Source: Lingula anatina
Lineage: Eukaryota; Animalia; Brachiopoda
Length of the DNA: 64,000 bases
Reading direction: 5' to 3'
Assembly: GCA_051362555.1 (NCBI GenBank)
Contig: CM120640.1
Location: 35,049,967 to 35,113,966, forward strand
The notes under the pieces were generated by a model, which worked only from the letters and a program-made list of their open reading frames with translations, did no database searches and was not told the origin of the DNA. Position numbers and translations under genes: made by a program. The stretch's first letter is position 1, and every line of letters starts with the position of its first letter. This document shows, one piece after another, positions 39,541 to 50,042 of this stretch.

Positions 39541-41084
39541 ATGACTGTCTCAATGGAGGAAAAGGTTTTGGCATGTCACCTACATGATGAGCACAGCGTG
39601 TCCTGCAACGGGACCATTTATGTCTTGGAGGAGAAGAAACTCACTGCTCAGGATTCGGAGTTCTGGCTTTACGTGTTCGGTTATATTTTTTGTGTCTTGT
39701 TTGCAGGTAACTGTTGTTAATCTTTAAAGGTTAGACATGTATGTTAAGCAGATGTGCAAACTGAACGCACCATTTTATATTTGATGAGGCACGCATTCCA
39801 CTGTGTAACGTTTAAAATAAGCACCAAGCGGTGCTCGCCCTCTCGGAATGTCAGTGTTGCACAGCTAGTATAGCTGTCCATACGAACAATTATGCCAGTA
39901 GATGCAAATCGATAGTTAATCGATATACCTTATGGGACTGCCTTTGAGTGGCCTAGTTCATAGCGATCTTTAGCTTCATGGCACGTTAACTAGCAGTATA
40001 TATAGCCCTTTATATTGTACATGTTCTTCCCCGCTTAATTGGCACTCAGTGCCCGTACAAAGGGGTTGAAGCGTGAGGGGGGGGGGGGGAGGGGGATTAA
40101 TATCCCAAGTCACTCCTTCGTCCGTCATATAATCACTTCGATCCGATTTTAAATGGTTAACCTCCATATATTTGTTGCCTGTGCACCTACATAAGCCTAC
40201 ATGTACAAATAAGGACTGAAGCATACCCCCCCCCCCCTTTGTCGGGTCATGATGGAAAATACCAGTATGTTCCATATACATGTATTTAATCTCTGCAGTT
40301 GCAGGTCTGACAGAAAATGATTACACTGTAACATGTTTAACAAGGCCTTAACTGTATGTGTTCACTAATTAAAAACTGTTTGTTTGTTTGTTTGTTTGTT
40401 TGTTTGTTTTGGAAATTTATGTGGGACATACATGAAATTAAAATAAAAAAAACTCCCTTGGTCTTGAAATTTGCCTTAGAATATGGATATTATTAAACAT
40501 TTTATTATACATATTTAAACAGTATTATTTTGTTTTGTAGCTCATTTGTTAAAATGTAAGAAGCAAACCCTCATTTTAAGTTTAAGACCTACTGGCAATT
40601 CAGGTATGTTAGACTAGCAAATTATGCATAGATAAGTGTATGTACATCTAATAATTATAAACTCTCTTACAATTTTCAAAATGAATTGATGCAGATTTTC
40701 TTATTCTAATAGGTTTAATGTCAGGGCTGACAATAGGTCTACTGTCACTGGATGAAATCAGTCTGAATGTTCTGAAGGAAGCTGGAAGCCCACAGCAGAA
40801 GAAATATGCTAAACGAATCCTTCCCATTGTAAAAAGGCATCATCTTTTACTGGTAATAAAGATGTTACAAGGGCGGAATTCAAAGGAAGCTACATTATAT
40901 TGGACTCTTATATATTTCCCTAGTTTTTCAGAAAAATTTACTATTTTACAATCAGTGCATTCAAGCATATGCATGCACACACACACACACACACACACTA
41001 AATGTTTCCATGTTACTTGTAGAAAAATTAGCTAAATTACCATTTTTTCACTAAATATGCAGAAATTGGCTTCAGTTACACTCA

Positions 41085-41122
<38 letters not shown>

Positions 41123-44100
41123 GTATATAAATATATTATAAATATATTATATAATATATTATTATTATTTGCAATACCAAATTGTCTCTAATGGTGACAT
41201 TTTATATTTATTTATGTTACTTCATTTTAATTTTAGGTAACATTGGTGCTAGCAAACTCAGCGTGTGTGGAGGCCATGCCAGTGTGTCTTGACAGGGTAT
41301 CCGGACCCATTACTGCAATCTTAGTGTCCACTACAGCTGTGGTACTATTTGGAGAGTATGAATATTTCATTACTAAATGTAATTTTGAAAAATCGTTATT
41401 GCTAAATGCATTAACTTACATAATTTTGTTTTATTTGGTGTCTAGTTATAGTGTTTTGGCTTACCATTATTGCTAAATGGTATCTGATTGCTTATATCAT
41501 TCAAATTAGATACATTTTCTAGAATTTTTTCTTGCCACCATTCTCCATATGGATCTGTGTATGCCTTTCTGATGTCAAATTATAGCGAATTGATTTCCTG
41601 TTCACATGGGAACATGTAATAGCTTTATGGGATATATTGATATACATTTCAGAGTTTTCCCCCAGGCATTATGCACAAGATTTGGCTTGGCAATTGGGGC
41701 CTATATGATGCCGTAAGTAGAGTTCATTTCATAATCCAATGGATGTGCCTGTACTACCTGTATTTTACTTTCCCTTACAAAAATGTTTTTTCAAAACGTT
41801 TTATAAGAGATTTTAGTCAACTATTTTTTGTTTAGTGATGTAATGAAGATTTATTTTTATTTTTACCTTTGTTAATCAAACCTGTGGCAATATTTAACAT
41901 ACTAATCATGTACCAGCATATAATATTATTGTATAATTTTATCAACTATATTTTGTAAATTTAAGATTCTTAACATGCATATATTTCATTGTTGGTTATG
42001 TTTATTTATTTAACTATTTATTCATTCATTTAATTATATTCCCCCAGTATACGAATTTGCATCAGCTTTTTAAAATATTGACTGGTGGTTTTAATAATTT
42101 AACTTCGTGTTATAATTTTTAATATATCACACAGCCTGGTCTATACAACTTTGTGTAATAATTTTTAATATATCACACAGCCTGGTCTATACCCTGATGT
42201 TCCTGCTATTCATTGTGGCCTGGCCAATAGCAAAGCTGCTGGATCTGCTCTTAGGCAAAGAGCATGGCACGTTTTATCGCAGAGCGGAACTCGGGGTACT
42301 GGTTGACCTCCATGCTGATAAAGCTGGGGGTGGTGAGGAGGGAAGGGAGGAGAAACTTACCCTTGATGAAGTACTCATCATTAAGGTAGGATAAAATGTA
42401 CATGTATGTGTATTCCTGGTACACATATTGTACGTCTTATTACATTGTACATGTACAATATATGATGCATGGATATTTGGTTAATATACTGTATACAAAT
42501 TTTTCACATTAAATTAGATACTGTGTATCAGAATAATGTCAGATTTTTTTTAAGTAAGAGTAGAAATAATTGATTTTATATACAAGAATGAGGCAGAAAA
42601 CGGCCATTTACACACTTGCACATGCATGCACAGTACTAGCACAGTGTATATATTGTATACATATACATGTATGGATATGTGCTAATACTGGTACATGTAC
42701 ATATACTCATCACATTGCACTAAACCTCATAGTCAAAATCTTGTTTTCTGTGTCAGATGTCACTTTTCTTATCCATCTACATTGTTCATGTAAATCGGCC
42801 CTGTAATAGTCTACATATTATTTTTGCTAAGTACTGTACATGTACATGTCATTCTGAATCCATTGACAGACAGTACACAATTGTATTCTCAACTCACAAC
42901 TGTTGAAATATTGATTTGTCTATTTAGGGGGCCCTGGAGATGAGAGATAAAACTGCCAAGGATGCCATGGTACCATTGAAGGATGTATTCATGCTAGACA
43001 TCAATGATAAGATGGATCTTTTGACCATGAATAAGGTTCATTGCATATATTTTACATTTTTATGTACAGACACAGATGTGTCTGTACATATAGCCGTCAT
43101 CTGCATCTGTCGTTGCCGTCGCCGTCGCCGTTGCCGTGCACTTTTACCGATAACACGATAAGTGGAAAACTGTTTTTTCTTTTGGCTTGAAACTTACAGA
43201 ACTGATGAATATTCGTAATATGCAGGTCAAGTTCGAAAATCAGCATGATCGGGTCACTTATAGGGAATTTATGCTGTTTTTTCACTTTTTTCAGCATATA
43301 TGCAGCACCGATAACACGATAAGTGGAAAACCATTTTACCTTTTGGCTTGAAACTTACAGAACTGATGAATATTCATAATACGCAGGTCAAGTTCGAAAA
43401 TCAGCATGATCGGGTCATTTTTAGGGAAGTTATGCTGTTTTTCACTTTTTTCAGCATATATGCAACACTGATAACATGATAAGTGGAAAACCATTTTACC
43501 TTTTGGCTTGAAACTTGCAGAACAAATGTATATTTATAATACGCAGGTCAAGTTTGAAAATCAGCATGATCGGGTCATTTATAGGGAAGTAATGCTGTTT
43601 TTTCACTTTTTTCAGCATGTATGCAACACCTATAACACATTTGTGCTATATGATGGTACTGTATGGATGGCAGTCTATGAAATTGTTTCTTGGGTGATCA
43701 CTAATTAAATTAAAGGGATAATAACTCTTCGTATGAGATCTAAATTACACAATAAAAGCATTGTGAATAACTCATAGAAATGTAATATATTCCATTTTAC
43801 CACAAAAATGGCAGTTATAGCTACTTTTTCTGATATCTGAGCTTGTCTTTAGACCACGTGACCTCCATTGATGGCTATACTCTGTTAAAATCTCTTAAGA
43901 GATTTTAACAAAAAACCAAACTTTTTAGAAAAAAACCAGGGACTAACTTTGAATGTAAAAATGGATTCATTAATCATTGGTAAGTATGGGAAAATTGTTG
44001 TTTACTCCGGAAAAATTCATTTTTTGACCAAAACGAAGAGTTATTATCCCTTGAAGGTCTATAAAGTCACTTGCGTACTCATTAATTTTCAATTGGCCAT

Positions 44101-47100
44101 TAAATGAGATTACATAAAACACTCTTTGAGATTTCCCTGTAAAGTCCCATAGGTTTAGCTCTCTTAACTGTGTCACAAAATTAGGATTTGGTGATAATTA
44201 TGCAGATAAATGGTGTTTAACATTGCAAATAAATTTACAACAAAAAAAAATGTGTTATGCCAACATGCTATAGATGAATAACAGTGCTTTATTTTTCTCA
44301 AACTTGGTGGGGTTATTAATATCAAGTTAATACAGCTAGATTAAAAGTTTGAATAGCAGCTTTATTGGAATTTTTTACGTTTTATTTAAATTTTTTTTTA
44401 AATTATTTTTCAAACACTAGCATCTTCAAGATGTGATTTTTTACTCCCATCCACCAGAAGTGCTGTGCATTTTCTGTATTTTTGTATATAATTGTTATTT
44501 CTTCAGATTTAATTCTTAGGCATGTTAACAGTCTCATTATGGAACTAATAAGATATGTAAAAGTGTTGTTTTGACATTTTCTGCTTCTTAACAATATTGT
44601 TAGTTGATTATATAAAAATGACGGTAAACCTGTTATAATATTGTGCATTGTGTAATAAAGTATCATAAATGGAAAGGAACTCATCATTGCAGTTTGTCAG
44701 ATTTAATCATTCACTATGTTCAGCATCTGCAAATGGAGCAAATTGGACATTGAAAATTGTTCTATTGATATTTTTCCTATGTCAACAATTTTCCTAGTTG
44801 AACATTTAAAAATGACAGTTTATTGATCATTTTGTTTTAAAAAAGGTGTTGAAAATGGAAAGAAAATCATTTCAGTACAGTTATCTCTTGTTTACTTTTT
44901 GGCATTTTGAAAGTGTGACTCTGAACGTCCATGGCCTTGAAGACCTTCCCAAATCACATTTTCTGAATATTCATGATACTTTTATTTTTTTATAAAAAAT
45001 TTGATGGTCATTATGCTGTTAAGTATTATGTTTTATTGCATGAAAGTTGAAGAAAACCCTATTTTGGACACTGCTTGGAGTTGGATTGATCCTGTTAGAT
45101 TGATCTAAGTATGGGAACTTAGTCTAATGCTTGATACACATTTTACTTTCATCCTAATCCAATGTTATGCAGAATAAGAATTTGATGTTGGCTATGGAGT
45201 TACAGTAAGCATAATACATTAGTTCATCAGATTTGACAGTATCCTACGTCCTGCGTTTTTATTTTCTGGTTTTTGTCTGTACATTTGACAGCTTTGCTGC
45301 CTTGTTTAATTCTTTAGAATTATTCAGTTTTAATGAAACATAATACTGCACTTAGTACTAATATATTATTTAGTATTTTAGATTTATATCTTGCATACGT
45401 ATAAAAATGGTGTAAAAGCCATAATAAAAGAAATAAATAAATATAATTGATGTTATAACCGTAATTGATGCTTTGATGTACATGTACATGAGTTGGTATA
45501 AACCTGTACATGCACAGGTACTATTCATCCAGATAAACAATTATTTTACATTTCAGATTCTAACTGCCTCTCATTCAAGAGTTCCGGTCTATGACGGGGA
45601 CAAGGAAAACATAATTGGAGTTCTTCTAGTCAAGACACTAATAACTCTGGATCCAGATGATAAAGTGCCAATACAAAGTTTGAAAAACACAAAGTCATGG
45701 AGAGATGTGCATTACATAGAGGAAACCAAACCACTGTATGATTTACTCAATGAATACCAACTGGGAAAAGGTAACTTATGTGAAGCTTTAAGGGCTCATT
45801 CCCAACAAAACTGCCAATCTAGGTAGTTAGTCTAACTCAGACGGGACTCCTGCGGAGTGCAACCGGCTAAATGTGCCTCCTTCTGGTGTTGATAACTGGT
45901 TGAATGCAGAAAATTTGGTGATTATACGAGAATGTTTGAAACAAGAGTAGACACTTTAAACTGATTGCATTCATGGAGTAAAGGGTTGATGGTTCTACAT
46001 GTACCTGGATCAATAGTTTCAATGGAAATGAGCCCTTCAAGCAGACAAGTCTATTTGCCAGGTGCATTTCCTAACTGAAATGAGACGTTTGAGATTTCTT
46101 GTAAGCTCTCAGACATTAAAAAATGAATAATTAGCCTGTAAACTTAAATATTTCAATTGGGCAGGTGTTTAAATTTTTTTGTTGAATATGTAATCATGGT
46201 TAAATATGCTAAATGAATGTTTTAAATCATTAAATGATGTGTAAATATTTAAGATGCACATGCTGCTATATCTGATAGTGCATTTACAATTTTTTCTTTC
46301 ATAGCACATCTGTCAGTTGTCTTGGCTAAGCTTGATGAGGAGGAAATTGCTTCTGCCACTACCAAACAGGTATGGTATTTTTTAGACAGATACAGATCTT
46401 TTGCTTTGTGAATGTATTCTAACATTTTGATACCAAAAACTCATAACATGTTATCATATAAAACACCACCTTTCATAATATTTGCAAACAGTCAATGAAT
46501 ATTTGGAAGTAATCATTATTTTTCATAATAATATCATTTTCCCCAAATGCACAAGTACTAGTAAGAGCATTTAAGTGTTCAATCTGTTGAATTGAAACTT
46601 CACAGACATTAAACCCAAAAATGTAGTGGAGCACCTGTTTTTTTTTTTTTTTTTTTAATTTAGTCTTTCCATAGTAAAATATGATGCACTTTTAAAATAC
46701 TTATTGTCAATATTTTAATAATGAAATATAAGATTTATTAAATTATTTTTAAAATGATAAAAATGTTAATATTTTATCACTACAGACTGTTCTTGGTGTC
46801 ATAACACTAGAAGATGTGATAGAGGAGCTGATTCAGGAAGAGATAGTTGATGAGACAGACGTCTATGTAGATATACACAAGAGGATACAGGTGGCCAGGG
46901 CCAAGGCGGCAAGGAATCCATCACTACTTCACAAGCATCCTGTAAGTTATTTATTAAAGTTCCTGGGCTGATAAAATTCTACAGTTGATGCATTTAGATA
47001 TACCTGTAGAGTTACAAAATTCAATTTATAGATAATGGGCACTTTGTACAAGACTGTACTTGTGCAGTATATACCTGTAGTGGTATACACCGTACAGCAC

Positions 47101-48866
47101 ATGTACAGGGGTATACATGTAGTTTATGCTAAACAGTTTATGTAACCAGTACAAGAACTTTACGGCACTAGTACTGGTACTTACTACCGGTAGTACCTGT
47201 ACAGTTAAAAAAGCCTTTTAAAACTTTTATTATTTAATATTCAAATCAGCATTTACAATCGAAGGAAAACATTAATTTTTTCTACATAAGTACATATAAT
47301 AAGTAAGCCGAGCAGATTACTTTTTGAATGTGGAGCATTGTATAAACACTTAGAAAAACTGTCTGGAACTGTAGGTGTGTCACATACACATATACATCAT
47401 ATTTAGAGAGACAAAAATCATTGTGTTAATTGGGCATATGTAAAATGGGTATGTTGGATTCACTATAGTAAATGAAACCATGATTCTTCAATTGACTCTG
47501 GGCAGCATGCATTTAAAACTAACTGGCAGTTGAAGATGGTTTAATTATTGACACTCATCTACTTACATGTACATGTTATCCTTAAGTTAAGATCAAGGAA
47601 GTAGATATGATATATAAATAATTTCTTGGTTAAGATGCATTAATTAACAAGGTGAAGGGGGGGGGGTGATCGTGAGTAAATGGAGAGAGAATTCAATTAT
47701 TTACTTTTGAAAGCGTCACTTGATTTGTTTATTTCCTAGTATAATAATTATAAAGTTTGGAAACCTCTCTCTCTCTCTCTCTCTCGTGCCATGGTCGAAT
47801 CAACCCTCAGCGACTTATGATGCCAGTTTCAGTGTCCAATTTCTTGCTTTGTCCCATATTTTTCTTTGATTATTCATTCCTGTGTTTTTCTTCAGTTGGT
47901 TTGGGAACAGGAGCCTTTGTCTGCCTCTAGTTTTCTTCTATGGAATCTTTCCAGCCAGGATAAGGTCTTTGAGTTGGCCTTTTCTATTGGCATGTCTGAT
48001 GAATTTTATCTGTCTTTTCTTTATAATTCTGAGTTGTTGTCAGTTTTGTCCAACTCGCTTGAGAACCGATATGTTAGTTTCATGAGCATTATATGAGATG
48101 TGCATTTGACATTAGAACCACATTTCTGCAGCCTCTGTGTTTTAGGTCTTTGGAGCCAAGAGAGTTCATGCCTCACTACTGTGCAAAAGAATAGACCATA
48201 CAAAACATTTGAGAAGTGTAATTTTTAGCACCATTGATATTCCTCGATCTTTATATTGCAATCATTTGATTGAAACTAGTTTTTGCCATTCAATTCTTCT
48301 TCTTATCTTCTTTTCACAACTTCCATCCAACGTCAATATTGACCGGAGGTAGTTGAAAGAATGGACTTGTTCAATCAGGATTCCATCGAATACTAGGTTA
48401 CATGTTGGAGGTTGACTTTCAAAAGGTCTTTTTGCAGTTGATCTGCAGTCCAGGAGATAACCTTACTTAAATTAAGAATTTTTTTGTGTTTTATCCAGAA
48501 GACAACCATACTGAAGGTCTTCTTGTAGTTGATCTCCTGTCCAGGAGATCAACCTAACTTAAATTAAGAACTTTTTCATGTTTCATCCAGAGGTTTGTTG
48601 AGAGAAGCAAGTCCCATCCCCCTTCTAGTGCTGAACGCCGTGTGTCAGAAGACTTGATTGATGCTGTCAGTGAGAGCCACAGGGAACGGGCAGCCTCCAC
48701 AGGGAACATACAAACTCTTCCTGAAAGAGGCACTAGTGTGAGTAATGTGCAAACCCAGGATGAAAAGTCAAATGTAGATGAGAACAATACTTCCAGTGAC
48801 CAAAACCAATTTTCAATTACTAAAGACCAGTCAGATTTGCCCTTACTGAATAAGGATGTCACTTAG
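39541..48866 (+). CDS. DUF21 + CBS-pair metal transporter (CNNM/CorB/Mam3-type), copy 2 (about 502 aa)
   Basis: Exons 39541-39706, 40713-40852, 41237-41355, 41653-41712, 42181-42385, 42928-43035, 45557-45770, 46305-46369, 46786-46941 and 48591-48866. Intron positions and phases match copy 1, with the same DUF21 and CBS motifs. Confidence 0.93.
43057..45306 (+). mobile_element. Family-1 HINE copy in intron 6 of DUF21/CBS copy 2
   Basis: Same 5' end (ttttatgtacagacacagatgtgtctgtaca plus CGT repeats), three 161-bp units, and the same 3' end gtctgtacatttgacagctttgctgccttgtt. Confidence 0.8.
47765..48420 (-). mobile_element. Decayed 3' fragment of an RTE-clade LINE in intron 9 of DUF21/CBS copy 2
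   Basis: The minus strand reads [32 protein letters not shown] and LLKCFVWS, typical of the RTE C-terminal region, and ends in a (GA)n tail at 47765-47785. Confidence 0.75.
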
Positions 48867-49984
48867 TGACTTGAGGATTTTTTTTTCAAGTGGCTTATTT
48901 ACACTGAAAGAAACTAAAAAAAAAAACAAGACAATGTAAGAATCTAAAAAACAAGACTTGTGCATGTTAACAGCATGCAGTTGTGGAAAAGTACCTTTTG
49001 ACCAGTATTTCTTCTAGCCTTTTTTTAAGGAGAGGAAGAAAAGACTTACTTTTATTTTCAAATTTTAAAATAGAATTTTAGCAGCCACAGTCAGAAAGTG
49101 GTTGATTTTCTAAGATCATATTGGCTGTACAGGTAAATGAGAAATACACGTTCCTGGTCGACCATTTTATCAATGTTTTATCAGTGCTGCATTTATGTAA
49201 AACATGCGTGTACTAGTCTCTTTGTTGTAACATCAGATCTGCTCTTATACCAGTATTTAATTGTTTATGTACAAGCGTTACTTTTAAAACTTTTTATTTT
49301 TATTCAGCCTGATTATTGAATTTGGAAATGATATTTTACACGTAATTTAAATTTTTTTATTATTTGGATTATATATTGTAGTTACCCGTACTTTATTAGT
49401 ACTGAGTTGTTGAGGAAATGTTGAACTTTCTGTTTGAGTGAGGTGACTGAATGCGATAGAGAAGACATCTGTGATTGCATTTGCAACTGAGAAGTTTTTT
49501 TATTGGCTATGAATAGATGTACTTGTATGTGACAAGTATTTGCTTTGTTCTGTAATTCAGTAAATCTAAATGTTATTCTGATCATAAACATAACAGACAT
49601 ACATGGAAAACGAAGACTTTACGTTGAACTTAATATTCTAAAGTTTAAAAGACATATCCACTAAAATTTTAATCTCTGCCATTTACTGTATTGGTAAATT
49701 AATTGCCTTTAAAATGCCAAAGAAGAATGCTTTTAAGGCACCTCAAACGCCTGAAAGGAGTTAAATTGTGGCAAATTTTTGAAGTCAAATTTGAATCCTA
49801 TTAGATGTAACAGTTGGGCATATTTTGAACTGTTTGATGCTCACCTTGTCCATTGTGATGAAGAAAATTTGCTGACTATATAAACATGATGCCAATCAAT
49901 TCCATGTGGATTTTTTCAATTTATAATTATTTATTATTATTATCATTTATTTATTTATTATCGCTATTTGTGATCAGAATTCAA

Positions 49985-49990
49985 TTTATT
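49985..49990 (-). promoter_or_regulatory. Candidate polyadenylation signal for GH10 copy 1
   Basis: AATAAA on the minus strand about 55 nt downstream of the stop codon at 50043. Confidence 0.4.
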
Positions 49991-50042
49991 CATAAATTCA
50001 TGGAATCCTCCAATGGGCATTTGATTTCTTGTCGTTCGTTTC

